A DNA stretch of 64,000 bases from Paenibacillus sp. (GTDB lineage: Bacteria; Bacillota; Bacilli; Paenibacillales; YIM-B00363): NCBI RefSeq assembly GCF_035645195.1, contig NZ_DASQNA010000017.1:39011-103010 (forward strand), in the 5' to 3' direction. Position 1 is the first letter of the stretch. Each line of letters opens with the position of its first letter. Below, in pieces: positions 27,810 through 38,490 of the stretch. The notes under the pieces were generated by a model. That model searched no databases, was not told the DNA's origin, and worked only from the letters and a program-made list of their open reading frames with translations. The translations under genes were made by a program, and so were the position numbers.

Positions 27810-28457
27810 ATGAAGAATTCCAAAGGTGGCATTTATAGAAGGTTTGTAAAAAGACCAATGGATCTTATACTCTCTTTAATAGCTATTACTGTTTTGAGTC
27901 CGGTATTACTAATAGTTGCATTACTTGTTAGGACGAAGTTAGGTAGCCCTGTGCTATTTAAGCAGAAAAGACCAGGGTTAAATGAAGAGATTTTTATGAT
28001 GTATAAGTTTAGGACGATGACGGATGAGAGAGACGAGAATGGTGAGTTACTTCCGGATAAAGTTAGGTTGACGAAGTTTGGTAGAATACTACGTTCTACA
28101 TCCCTTGATGAACTACCGGAACTCTTTAATATTTTAAAGGGTGATATGTCTATTATTGGGCCTAGACCATTATTGGTGCAGTATTTACCGTTGTATAACA
28201 ATCATCAAAAACGACGTCACGAAGTCAGGCCGGGGCTATCTGGGTTGGCTCAGGTGAGTGGGAGGAATGCGATTAGTTGGGAAGATAAATTTAATCTAGA
28301 TGTTGAATATGTGGACAATGTAAGTTTTATCGAGGATTGGAAAATAATTTTAACGACGATTAAGAAAGTCTTTGTCAGAGAAGGTATTAGTTCAGAAAAT
28401 GCATCCACAATGGAGCCTTTTAAGGGGACAAACAAAGAAAGAAGATTGGAACTATGA
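27810..28457 (+). CDS. Undecaprenyl-phosphate sugar phosphotransferase (PglC/EpsL-like)
   Basis: [17 protein letters not shown] and [10 protein letters not shown] motifs. Confidence 0.93.
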   Translation: MKNSKGGIYRRFVKRPMDLILSLIAITVLSPVLLIVALLVRTKLGSPVLFKQKRPGLNEEIFMMYKFRTMTDERDENGELLPDKVRLTKFGRILRSTSLDELPELFNILKGDMSIIGPRPLLVQYLPLYNNHQKRRHEVRPGLSGLAQVSGRNAISWEDKFNLDVEYVDNVSFIEDWKIILTTIKKVFVREGISSENASTMEPFKGTNKERRLEL

Positions 28458-29071
28458 AAAACAAACTTCTTATTGTAGGTGCTAGTGGACACGGGAAAGT
28501 AGTTGCCGATATTGCATTAAAAATGGATAAATGGCAGAACGTTCATTTTTTAGATGATGACACAAGAATTAAATCAGCTATGGGCTTAGAAGTCATTGGA
28601 ACGTCAGACGATGTTTTTACGCATATAGGTGAGTACGAAATATTTGTCGGTATCGGAAATAATGCTAACAGACAGAAGATTCACGAAATACTTGAAACTT
28701 TTGGGGCTAGTATTCCGGTATTAATTCACCCGAATGCAGTTATAGGGTCATTAGTAGATATAGGAATTGGGACTGCTGTTATGGCTGGAGCAATTGTTAA
28801 CAGCTGTACCAAAATAGGTAAAGGTTGCATCGTTAATACAGGTTGTACAATTGACCATGATAATGATATTGAAGATTTTGTTCATATATCACCAGGAGCC
28901 CATTTAGCAGGTACGGTCAAAGTTGGAAAAGGCTCTTGGTTAGGTATTGGCAGTGTAGTTAGTAATAATATAAACATCACCAGCGGATGTAAAGTTGGTG
29001 CTGGTTCTGTTGTGGTCAAGGACATAACCGAACCTGGTGTATATGTTGGTGTTCCAGTAAGGAGAATTTAG
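28454..29071 (+). CDS. Hexapeptide-repeat sugar N-acetyltransferase (PglD/EpsM-like)
   Basis: GASGHGKV motif and left-handed beta-helix repeats. Confidence 0.92.
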   Translation: MKNKLLIVGASGHGKVVADIALKMDKWQNVHFLDDDTRIKSAMGLEVIGTSDDVFTHIGEYEIFVGIGNNANRQKIHEILETFGASIPVLIHPNAVIGSLVDIGIGTAVMAGAIVNSCTKIGKGCIVNTGCTIDHDNDIEDFVHISPGAHLAGTVKVGKGSWLGIGSVVSNNINITSGCKVGAGSVVVKDITEPGVYVGVPVRRI

Positions 29072-29074
29072 GAT

Positions 29075-30286
29075 ATGAATATCTTATTTTTAACACTATT
29101 AGATTTTTCAACGCTTGATGAAAATGGTATATATACAGACCTAATGAGAGAGTTTATAAAAGACAACCATAAAGTGTATATTATTTCGCCAACAGAAAAG
29201 AGAAAACAACAACCTACGAGATTAATCGAGAATGGCAGCTATAAGATATTAAAATTACAGATAGGTAACACACAAAAAACTAATGTAATAGTAAAAGGGA
29301 TTTCGACACTTACTCTTGAGTCTAAATTTCTGAGGGGAATTAAAAATTATTTTTCAGATGTTAAATTTGATTTAGTTATTTATACAACACCTCCAATAAC
29401 ATTGCAAAAGGCAATATATTATGTGAAAAAGAGAGATAAAGCAATAACCTATCTATTATTAAAGGATATATTCCCGCAAAATGCTGTAGATCTTGGAATG
29501 CTACGGAAAACTGGGATCGGAGGTTTATTATATAGATATTTTAAATCCAAGGAAAAAAGGCTTTATGAACTATCTGATTATATTGGATGCATGTCTCAAG
29601 CGAATGTGGATTTTTTATTAAAACAAAATCCTGAAATCTCTCCTAACATAGTTGAAGTGTGCCCTAATAGTATAGAACCTAAAGTAATAGAGAAAAATCA
29701 ACAAAAGGTAAATATAGTTAAGGGAAAATATAAGATTCCATATGACCGTACTGTGTTCATCTATGGTGGAAATCTTGGTAAACCACAAGGTATTGATTTC
29801 TTAATAGAGTGTTTAAAGGCAAATAAAGATAATGAACAGGTTTATTTTGTAATAGCTGGTTCAGGAACTGAGTTTAATAAGCTAAAGGAGTTTTTTGATA
29901 GTGAAAAGCTTAAGAATGCAAAGTTATTTGCTCAACTTCCCAAAGAGGATTATGAAATTCTAGCAAGTTCATGTGATGTTGGACTTATTTTCTTAGATAA
30001 ACGTTTTACAATACCGAATTTCCCATCAAGAATACTTTCATATATGCAAGCGTCAATGCCTGTATTAGCAGCAACAGATGTGAACACAGATATCGGTCAA
30101 GTTATTGAAAAAGGGAAATTTGGCCTTTGGTGTGAGAGTGATAGTGTTGAACAATTTAATTATAAATTACAGCAATTATGCAATATGGAATTAAGAAAAG
30201 AAATGGGCGTTAATGCCAGGAGTTATTTGGAAACCAACTATACAAGCAGGGACTCGTATGAAATTATAATGAGTCATTTTAAATAA
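29075..30286 (+). CDS. GT4 glycosyltransferase (WbuB-like, probable L-FucNAc transferase)
   Basis: DIFPQNAVDLG, YGGNLGKPQG and PSRILSYM motifs; adjacent to fnl-type genes. Confidence 0.88.
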   Translation: MNILFLTLLDFSTLDENGIYTDLMREFIKDNHKVYIISPTEKRKQQPTRLIENGSYKILKLQIGNTQKTNVIVKGISTLTLESKFLRGIKNYFSDVKFDLVIYTTPPITLQKAIYYVKKRDKAITYLLLKDIFPQNAVDLGMLRKTGIGGLLYRYFKSKEKRLYELSDYIGCMSQANVDFLLKQNPEISPNIVEVCPNSIEPKVIEKNQQKVNIVKGKYKIPYDRTVFIYGGNLGKPQGIDFLIECLKANKDNEQVYFVIAGSGTEFNKLKEFFDSEKLKNAKLFAQLPKEDYEILASSCDVGLIFLDKRFTIPNFPSRILSYMQASMPVLAATDVNTDIGQVIEKGKFGLWCESDSVEQFNYKLQQLCNMELRKEMGVNARSYLETNYTSRDSYEIIMSHFK

Positions 30287-30307
30287 AACGGCAAGAGAGG
30301 TACACAC

Positions 30308-31333
30308 ATGTTCAAGGGGAAGACTTTATTAATAACTGGTGGTACTGGATCATTTGGTAATGCGGTAATGAAAAGATTTTTAGATACAGATTTGAAGGAA
30401 ATTCGCATCTTTTCTCGTGATGAGAAGAAACAGGATGATATGCGAAAACTCTATAAAAACGACAAGTTGAAATTTTACCTTGGTGATGTAAGGGACTTGG
30501 CTAGCGTAAAAAATGCTATGCATGGTGTGGACTATATTTTCCATGCTGCTGCGCTCAAGCAAGTCCCTTCTTGTGAGTTTTTTCCGTTGGAAGCAGTTAA
30601 AACAAACATTATAGGTACGGATAATGTTTTAACCGCAGGTATTGAATATGGAGTTAAAAAGGTTATCTGTCTCTCAACTGATAAAGCGGCCTATCCAATC
30701 AATGCTATGGGTATTTCTAAAGCAATGATGGAAAAGGTATTTGTTGCAAAATCAAAAACTGTATCTTCAGATAGAACTCTAATTTGTGGAACGAGATATG
30801 GAAATGTAATGGCATCACGTGGGTCGGTCATTCCTTTATTTATTGAACAAATAAAAAATGGACAACCATTAACCGTTACAGACCCTTCGATGACAAGGTT
30901 TTTAATGAGCCTTGAAGAAGCGGTAGAACTAGTTGTGTTTGCTTTTCAAAATGCACAAGCTGGAGATATTATGGTACAGAAATCACCAGCAAGTACAATC
31001 GGTGATTTAGCACAAGCAATTAAGGAATTATTTGATGTAGATAATGAAATAAAAATAATTGGTACCCGTCATGGAGAAAAACATTATGAAACGCTACTTA
31101 CAAAGGAAGAATATGTAGTGGCTGAAGATATGGGTGGTTTCTATCGTGTTCCTGCTGACCAAAGAGACTTGAATTATGATAAATACTTTGAAGATGGTGA
31201 CAGCAGATTGTCAACATTTGAAGAGTACCATTCTTCTAATACGAAAATATTAACTGTGGAAGAAATTAAAGGGAAATTATTAGAACTAGATTATGTGCAA
31301 AGTGCATTAAAGGAATGGAATGTTATGAAATGA
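30308..31333 (+). CDS. fnlA: UDP-GlcNAc 4,6-dehydratase/5-epimerase (CapE/FnlA)
   Basis: ITGGTGSFG, FSRDEKKQDDMR, HAAALKQVPSCEF. Confidence 0.92.
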   Translation: MFKGKTLLITGGTGSFGNAVMKRFLDTDLKEIRIFSRDEKKQDDMRKLYKNDKLKFYLGDVRDLASVKNAMHGVDYIFHAAALKQVPSCEFFPLEAVKTNIIGTDNVLTAGIEYGVKKVICLSTDKAAYPINAMGISKAMMEKVFVAKSKTVSSDRTLICGTRYGNVMASRGSVIPLFIEQIKNGQPLTVTDPSMTRFLMSLEEAVELVVFAFQNAQAGDIMVQKSPASTIGDLAQAIKELFDVDNEIKIIGTRHGEKHYETLLTKEEYVVAEDMGGFYRVPADQRDLNYDKYFEDGDSRLSTFEEYHSSNTKILTVEEIKGKLLELDYVQSALKEWNVMK

Positions 31334-31352
31334 ACAAAAGGCGGTATTATTT

Positions 31353-32462
31353 ATGAGAATTCTGGTAACAGGTGCAAAGGGCTTTGTTGGGAAGAACCTT
31401 GTCGCAGAGCTTAAAAATAGGGGATTTAACGATATATTTGAGTTTACTAGAGAAAGTGATCTTTCAATTCTTGAAAAATATACAAAAGAATGTGATTTTG
31501 TCTTTCATTTAGCTGGAGTAAACAGACCGCAAGACGAAGAGGAATTTATGGAAGGTAACTTTGGTTTAACTTCTCAATTACTAGCTCTACTAAAGAAACA
31601 TGACAATAAAGCTCCTGTTCTTCTTACTTCTTCTATTCAAGCAGAAAAGGATAATCCTTATGGAAGGAGTAAGAAGGCTGGAGAGGATTTATTATTTAAA
31701 TATTATTATGAAACTGGTACGAAAGTTTATGTATATCGACTACCAAATTTATTTGGTAAGTGGAGTAAGCCAAACTATAATACTGTAGTGGCTACATTCT
31801 GTCACAATATCGCTAGAGGGATTGATATTCATATAAACAATCCAGGGGCAGAACTTACTCTTTGCTATATTGATGATGTATTAGAAGAGTTTTTGAGCGC
31901 TCTTGCGGGGAAGCCGACTATGCAAGAAGACTTATGTGTAGTACCTATAACACATAATATTAAACTAGGAGAATTGGCCGAACTTATAAAAAGTTTCAAA
32001 GAAACTAGAACAAATCTAAGTGTTCCTAATATGGAGGACGCTCTAACTAAAAAGCTCTATAGTACTTATTTGAGTTTTTTACCTGAAGAACAGTTTTCAT
32101 ATGATCTTAAAATGAATAGTGATCACAGAGGCTCTTTTACAGAATTTATGAGAACACCTGAAAGAGGACAAGTTTCTGTAAATGTATCTAAACCTGGCAT
32201 TACAAAAGGAAACCATTGGCATCATACTAAAAATGAGAAGTTCTTAGTTGTTAGTGGTGAAGGTTTAATTCGCTTTAGGAAGATAGATTCTGATGAAATT
32301 ATTGAGTATAGAGTAAGTGGAGAAAAGTTAAAGGTTGTAGATGTTCCTACTGGATATACTCATTCCATTGTAAATGTAGGAGATAATGACCTAGTAACAG
32401 TAATGTGGGCAAATGAATGCTTTGATCCAGAAAGGCCGGACACATATTTTGTGGAGGTATAA
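31353..32462 (+). CDS. fnlB: CapF/FnlB reductase with cupin domain
   Basis: TGAKGFVG, HLAGVNRP and GNHWHHTK motifs. Confidence 0.92.
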   Translation: MRILVTGAKGFVGKNLVAELKNRGFNDIFEFTRESDLSILEKYTKECDFVFHLAGVNRPQDEEEFMEGNFGLTSQLLALLKKHDNKAPVLLTSSIQAEKDNPYGRSKKAGEDLLFKYYYETGTKVYVYRLPNLFGKWSKPNYNTVVATFCHNIARGIDIHINNPGAELTLCYIDDVLEEFLSALAGKPTMQEDLCVVPITHNIKLGELAELIKSFKETRTNLSVPNMEDALTKKLYSTYLSFLPEEQFSYDLKMNSDHRGSFTEFMRTPERGQVSVNVSKPGITKGNHWHHTKNEKFLVVSGEGLIRFRKIDSDEIIEYRVSGEKLKVVDVPTGYTHSIVNVGDNDLVTVMWANECFDPERPDTYFVEV

Positions 32463-32465
32463 TTA

Positions 32466-33593
32466 ATGAAGAAATTAAAAGTCATGACAGTCGTCGGAAC
32501 TAGACCTGAGATTATAAGGTTGTCAGCTGTTATTAATAAATTTGAAGAATCATCAGCAATTGAGCATACGCTTGTTCATACGGGACAAAATTATGATTAC
32601 GAATTAAATGAAGTATTTTTTAACGATTTTAATTTGAAAAAACCTGACTATTTTCTCGATGCAGCTACTGGAACAGCGGTAGAAACTATAGGAAATATAT
32701 TGGTCAAAATAGATCCTATAATGGAAGAAGTAAAACCAGATGCATTTTTAGTGCTAGGAGATACAAATAGCTGTCTATGTGCTATTGCTGCAAAAAGGCG
32801 CCAAATTCCGATATTTCATATGGAAGCAGGAAATAGATGCTTTGACCAAAGAGTGCCGGAAGAAATTAATAGAAAGATTGTAGATCATACAGCAGATATT
32901 AATTTGACCTACAGTGATATTGCAAGAGAATATCTTCTTAGGGAAGGCTTTCCTGCAGACAGGATTGTTAAAACAGGAAGCCCTATGTTCGAAGTTCTTA
33001 ATTCTAGAAAAATCGAAATAGAGAATTCTGATGTATTAGAAAGATTAGATTTAGAAGAAGGAAACTATTTTGTAGTATCATCTCATAGAGAAGAAAATAT
33101 TAATTTAGAAATTAATTTCTTAGATTTGGTTGAAAGTATAAATTCGATTGCAGAAAAATTTAAAATTCCTGTAATTGTGAGCACACATCCTAGAACTAGA
33201 AAGATGATTGAGTCTAAAGGAGTAAAATTTAATCCTTTAGTAAGAATTTTGAAGCCATTAGGTTTTAATGACTATGTGAAATTGCAAATTAAGGCGAAGG
33301 CGGTTCTAAGTGATAGTGGAACAATTAGCGAAGAATCTTCAATTCTTGGGTTTAGAGCGCTTAATATAAGACAAGCTCATGAAAGACCAGAAGCAATGGA
33401 AGAAGCAACTGTAATGATGGTAGGACTAAAGAAAGAAAGGATATTACAGGGATTAGAAATCCTCGATTCACAAAAAACAGGAGAGTTAAGGCTTGTCGCG
33501 GATTACAGTATGCCTAATGTATCAGATAAAGTCTTGAGAATTATTTTATCGTATACTGATTATGTGAATAGAGTCGTATGGGGGAAGATTTAG
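32466..33593 (+). CDS. fnlC: CapG/FnlC UDP-N-acetylhexosamine 2-epimerase
   Basis: GTRPEIIR, HTGQNYD, EAGNRCFD, SDSGTISEE. Confidence 0.92.
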   Translation: MKKLKVMTVVGTRPEIIRLSAVINKFEESSAIEHTLVHTGQNYDYELNEVFFNDFNLKKPDYFLDAATGTAVETIGNILVKIDPIMEEVKPDAFLVLGDTNSCLCAIAAKRRQIPIFHMEAGNRCFDQRVPEEINRKIVDHTADINLTYSDIAREYLLREGFPADRIVKTGSPMFEVLNSRKIEIENSDVLERLDLEEGNYFVVSSHREENINLEINFLDLVESINSIAEKFKIPVIVSTHPRTRKMIESKGVKFNPLVRILKPLGFNDYVKLQIKAKAVLSDSGTISEESSILGFRALNIRQAHERPEAMEEATVMMVGLKKERILQGLEILDSQKTGELRLVADYSMPNVSDKVLRIILSYTDYVNRVVWGKI

Positions 33594-34798
33594 TGAAAGT
33601 ATTACAAATAAATTCAGTATGCGGAACAGGAAGTACTGGGAGGATAGCGACCGATATCCATAGCTTATTGGAGAAAAATGGATACGAGAGTATCATCGCA
33701 TTTGGAAGGGGTGTGCCACAAAAATGTGACAATACTATCAAAATTGGTAGTAATCTTGATAATTATAAACATGTAGCAATCACTAGACTATTTGATAAGC
33801 ATGGTTTTGGATCAAGGAAATCAACACAGGTATTAATTAAAAAAATTAAAGTCCTAAATCCAGATGTTATCCATTTACATAACATCCATGGATATTATAT
33901 CAATATACAAGTTTTGTTTGATTTCTTAAAAGAGATCAATAAACCTGTTGTTTGGACCTTGCATGATTGTTGGCCGTTTACTGGACATTGTGCGCACTTT
34001 GATTATATTAACTGCTCCAAATGGAAAACAGAATGTAACAGATGCCCTCAGAAGAAAGTTTATCCCCGGAGTTTATTAGTAGACAGTTCCAGGGGGAATT
34101 TTAAGAGCAAAAGGAACATTTTTACTAAATTGGACAAGTTAACAATAGTAACTCCCTCAATATGGTTAGCTGAACTAGTCGCAGAATCTTTTCTAAAAGA
34201 ATATTCAGTGAGGGTAATAAATAACGGTATTGACTTGAACATATTTCAGCCGGTTAATAGCGATTTTAGGAAAAAATATAACCTAGAAAATAAATTTGTT
34301 ATTTTAGGAGTGGCTAATATATGGAGTGCAAAAAAGGGTTTTAATTATTTAGTTGATTTGTCTAAATTATTGACAAAAGATGAAATTATTGTTGTTGTGG
34401 GCTTATCTGAGACTCAAGTAAACGAACTTCAAACTAATAATATTATTGGAATTCCTAGAACTAATAATGCGAAAGAGTTGGCTGAAATTTATTCTGCATC
34501 GGATGTTTTTGTTAATCCCTCTTTAGAGGAGAATTTTCCAACAGTAAACTTAGAATCAATATCAACAGGTACCCCAATTGTTACCTTTGATGTTGGAGGA
34601 TCTTCTGAAATTTTTAATAATAATATTGGTTTTTACGTGGAGAAAGGAAATGTAAGGTCCATGTATAACAAAATAAATATAATAAAAAAAGAAGGGAAAT
34701 CGAAATACATTGATAATTGTATAGAGACATCCAAGAAATATGACTCCTTACTAAAATATTCAGAATATATCCAGCTTTATGAAGAGTTATCATTATAG
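33593..34798 (+). CDS. GT4 glycosyltransferase (WcaC-like)
   Basis: LHNIHGYY, TLHDCWPFTGHC and EENFPTVNLE motifs. GTG start overlaps the upstream stop. Confidence 0.88.
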   Translation: MKVLQINSVCGTGSTGRIATDIHSLLEKNGYESIIAFGRGVPQKCDNTIKIGSNLDNYKHVAITRLFDKHGFGSRKSTQVLIKKIKVLNPDVIHLHNIHGYYINIQVLFDFLKEINKPVVWTLHDCWPFTGHCAHFDYINCSKWKTECNRCPQKKVYPRSLLVDSSRGNFKSKRNIFTKLDKLTIVTPSIWLAELVAESFLKEYSVRVINNGIDLNIFQPVNSDFRKKYNLENKFVILGVANIWSAKKGFNYLVDLSKLLTKDEIIVVVGLSETQVNELQTNNIIGIPRTNNAKELAEIYSASDVFVNPSLEENFPTVNLESISTGTPIVTFDVGGSSEIFNNNIGFYVEKGNVRSMYNKINIIKKEGKSKYIDNCIETSKKYDSLLKYSEYIQLYEELSL

Positions 34799-34849
34799 CG
34801 TCTGTTATTTGGTTATAATGTTCTTGATCGTATTTTAAAAAAGCAGGGA

Positions 34850-36157
34850 ATGGTTATCTTGTATATAAAAAAAATATCTTTTTCTAAATTATTAAAAGTT
34901 TATTTTTTTCTAATAATAATTGTATATATTACCTATTGTAATATCTCAAATTATAACCTTTCTATGGTTATTTCACCATATTTAGTAGTTATTTTTTCGT
35001 TCGTATTCTTTTTAAGAACCCGCCATAAGCCGCACCATTTAATATTAAGTTTTTTTATATTCATTTCAAACCTAAGTATAGTAGTTTCAGAGTATTTTTA
35101 TAGTGGATTAGTTACAACTCATACATTTGCAAAAAACGAAGAAACATATAGCGTGTTGATTAACATATTGCTTTTGTTTATCGCTGTTATAGCTATTTTT
35201 TATAAAAGTAATAAATCTAGTTATGAAAATATAATCCAATTAAAGATTAAAGATAATAATATTATTTTTACTATAATGGTGTGCTTATTATTATTTATAG
35301 TAATTACTGGTATAAATAATAGAGGTAGTTTTGATGGTTATAGAGTAGCAATTACATCATATTATAGCTATGGATTAATTGCTATTTTAATTGGTTATGC
35401 TAATACAGGGAATTCTATTATTAAAAAAAACATTTTATACTTTTTAGCTTCTCTCTATGTCATTCAGGATTTAATTTATGGCGGAAGAAAAACATTATTT
35501 GAACTTGCAGTTTTGATGATAATATTAAAATTTGGTAATAAAATTAAACCCTTAAAAGTATTATTATTTGGGTTAGTTGGCTATGTTTTATATACAGCTG
35601 TAGGGGTTTATAGAAGCCATTATGATATTAATATGGTGAGTTTTGATTCAGTACTACAAGTATTAATCGGTAGAAAGTTTGTCTTTGATACACCAGTAGG
35701 AGCATACTATGCTTCTGCAACACATGTTTATGCATCTTCAATAATGGACTTTAGTTTCAAAATAAGATCATTTATTGATTTTGTTTTACAGATTATATTT
35801 GGTGGTTCTTCTACTGGAATAGGTACATTATCTGCATATATCTCTCGGAATCTTACAGGTAATATGGGTGGAGGGATACTACCTACTCACTTCTTTTTTT
35901 GGTTCGGTTGGTTGGGTGTAGTTTTAATAGCATCAATTATTACATTATTGCTTAATCTTTCTCTAAATAATGAGTATAAAAAATACTTGTCATTAGTCTT
36001 TACATGTAGTATTACTAACTGGTATTTATACACACCTTTAGTTTTGTTTAGAATGGATATTTTTGCTGTAACAGTAATATACTTTATGACAGTATTTGTT
36101 AGTCAGGTTTTTTCTAAAAATCAAATAAGTTCAGTCAAACCATCTGTTAAGTATTAA
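34850..36157 (+). CDS. wzy: Wzy polysaccharide polymerase
   Basis: About 10-11 TM helices, GGRK motif and a large outer loop; located inside the cluster. Confidence 0.75.
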   Translation: MVILYIKKISFSKLLKVYFFLIIIVYITYCNISNYNLSMVISPYLVVIFSFVFFLRTRHKPHHLILSFFIFISNLSIVVSEYFYSGLVTTHTFAKNEETYSVLINILLLFIAVIAIFYKSNKSSYENIIQLKIKDNNIIFTIMVCLLLFIVITGINNRGSFDGYRVAITSYYSYGLIAILIGYANTGNSIIKKNILYFLASLYVIQDLIYGGRKTLFELAVLMIILKFGNKIKPLKVLLFGLVGYVLYTAVGVYRSHYDINMVSFDSVLQVLIGRKFVFDTPVGAYYASATHVYASSIMDFSFKIRSFIDFVLQIIFGGSSTGIGTLSAYISRNLTGNMGGGILPTHFFFWFGWLGVVLIASIITLLLNLSLNNEYKKYLSLVFTCSITNWYLYTPLVLFRMDIFAVTVIYFMTVFVSQVFSKNQISSVKPSVKY

Positions 36158-36182
36158 ATAATACTATTTAAATTGATCAAAA

Positions 36183-37387
36183 GATGACGTACATTAGTTT
36201 GTGTAACCAGAAGATGGAGTGTTAACAGACACGAAAAAGGTAGGGTACTCTCGGAAATGTAAATATCTACGAGAGGAAATACCCTACCAAGAATCAAAGT
36301 ATACACAACTCCGACTTTCTTTAGCAAATGCTGTACTGGTTTTCGTTAAAGACAAGCTTGAGTGTTGCAAATGCGGGCAGAACCTCGCAACTTTCTCACC
36401 GTGGAAACCCGGAAACAAACAACACCCGTAACGGCTATTATACCCGGACGTTTGAAACGCAGTTTGGAAAGACCGGCGACCTTCGTGCCCCCGGGATCGC
36501 CAAGGCGAGTTCCAAAACGAACTGTTCGAGCCATACCAACTTCGCGACCACAAGTAACATTACAATACGGTACTGCAAGACGTTAATACTGGCAAAGCCA
36601 ACCGCTTAAGAAGCGCTATTCCGTTCTTTACATTGACGACGGCATTCATTTCAGCTTGCGTCGCGATACCGTGGCGAGCGTTTATATTTATGTTGTTATG
36701 GCCACGACGAAGACGGCTACCGACAAATCCACGGCTTCCGCGTTGGAGGTAACGAGAGCGCTCACGGTTGGAAAGAGTTCCTCCAAGAGCTATACCAGCG
36801 CGGTGCAAGAGAAATCCTTCTTGGAGTATTCGAAGGCCTAGTCGGACTCGAGGAAGCCTTCCATAGCGTGTACTTGAAAGCCGATGTACAGCGTTGCCTC
36901 GTGCACAGATGCGTATTACGTTTCCCAAGATTCGAGTCTGAGGTAAAGGTCGAGTTCATGGGCGATTTTAAAAACGTGTACAATGAACTGTGCTACGAGG
37001 AAGCTGTTCGTCAGTTCCAAGCCGTAGAACTGAAATTGTCGAAGCAGTACCCCCGTCTTCCAGCGAGCAGATTTACCGGTACTGCTCACCTTCTAAAAGT
37101 ATCCGGCAGACATCTGGAAATCGATTTACACCACCAATGCTATCGAACGAACGGTGAAGGAAATCCGTAAGCGACTTTAGTTGTGACGGACTACAACGAT
37201 CGATGGAGCAAATGGATCATCCGTGGCTTCGGCATGGAAGAGACCAAGACAGTATTCGTATCAATGTACAGCAAGAGGTGCGGGGGCTAAGGAACTGCCC
37301 CCGCGCCTTCGCTTGGGCTATACCCGCCAATAAACTAATTTCCACAGAGTCCCTGAATTTTGGATACACAAACTTATTGACGCTACC
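36183..37387 (+). mobile_element. Degenerate IS256-family element
   Basis: Broken transposase fragments (RNGYYTRTFETQFG; LKADVQRCLVH; FMGDFKNVY). Imperfect 23 bp terminal IRs (17 of 23). Flanking 8 bp repeats GATCAAAA / GATCAACA. Confidence 0.85.
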
Positions 37388-37418
37388 GATCAACATTAAT
37401 AGAGGGGGAAGGGATAGG

Positions 37419-38441
37419 TTGTCCGGAAAAATAGTTATAAATAATAATCAAATATCTAGTGATATTTTAATTAGTGTAATAATGAGTGTATATAATGAAA
37501 AAGAATCTGAGCTAAAACTAGCTATAGAGTCTATTCTTAATCAAACATTTAAAATGTTTGAGTTTATCATTATTTTGGATAATCCTACAAATAAGAGTGT
37601 TTTAAGATTGTTAAAACACTATAGTATGTATGATAAAAGAATTAATGTATTAGTTAATAAAAAAAATTTAGGACTTGCAAATAGTTTAAACAAAGGGATT
37701 AAAATTGCTAAAGGTAAGTATATAGCAAGGATGGACGCAGACGATATATCGGTTTTAAACCGACTTGAAAAACAATTTAACTTCTTAGAAGATAATAAAA
37801 ATTATGATGTCGTTGCGACAGATAGACTGGATATTAATGAAAGTGGGGAACTGATAGATACAAGTTATTTAGTTGTAAATAGTTTTGATGACATCAAATC
37901 AATTCTTCCATTCGGATCAGTAATTACCCACCCTAGCGTACTAATGAGAAAAAGCTTTATCTTATCAATGAATGGCTATAGGAATTTTAAAGCTGCACAA
38001 GATTATGATTTATGGCTTAGACTTATAACCTCAGGATATAAAGTTAAAGTTTTACCCGATAAACTTATTTATTACCGTATAAGGAATAGTGGTATTTCTC
38101 TAAGTAACCCATATAAGAGGTATTTATATAGTAAGTATGCAAGAAAATTATATTTACAACGAAGAAAAAGTGGGCAGGATGACTATTCTGAAGATAATTT
38201 AAGTGAATTTCTATTGCGAAAAAAGTTCTTTAATCAAGATTATACTGATCGTTATAATAAGGCCTACAATTATTTATTTCTAGGTGTAAATAAAATAAAA
38301 AAACGAGAGGTAATTAAAGGTATAACTATGATTATATTTGCATTATTTATGCATCGAGAAATGTTTGAAACCTTATATTTAGCATCAAAATTTAGTGCAA
38401 AATTAAAAGATATTAGCGCCCATTCTATAAAGAAAAATTGA
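37419..38441 (+). CDS. GT2 glycosyltransferase
   Basis: ISVIMSVYN, ARMDADDIS, HPSVLMRK. TTG start after a G/A-rich RBS. Confidence 0.9.
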   Translation: MSGKIVINNNQISSDILISVIMSVYNEKESELKLAIESILNQTFKMFEFIIILDNPTNKSVLRLLKHYSMYDKRINVLVNKKNLGLANSLNKGIKIAKGKYIARMDADDISVLNRLEKQFNFLEDNKNYDVVATDRLDINESGELIDTSYLVVNSFDDIKSILPFGSVITHPSVLMRKSFILSMNGYRNFKAAQDYDLWLRLITSGYKVKVLPDKLIYYRIRNSGISLSNPYKRYLYSKYARKLYLQRRKSGQDDYSEDNLSEFLLRKKFFNQDYTDRYNKAYNYLFLGVNKIKKREVIKGITMIIFALFMHREMFETLYLASKFSAKLKDISAHSIKKN

Positions 38442-38490
38442 TCCGTTATTTCGTCCATAATAATGGAGTGAATAAAAGGGAGCCCAATTA

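Noticed and set aside
37203-37418. N-terminal extension of the GT2 ORF
   Set aside because: It lies inside the IS256 relic; the TTG at 37419 has the RBS.
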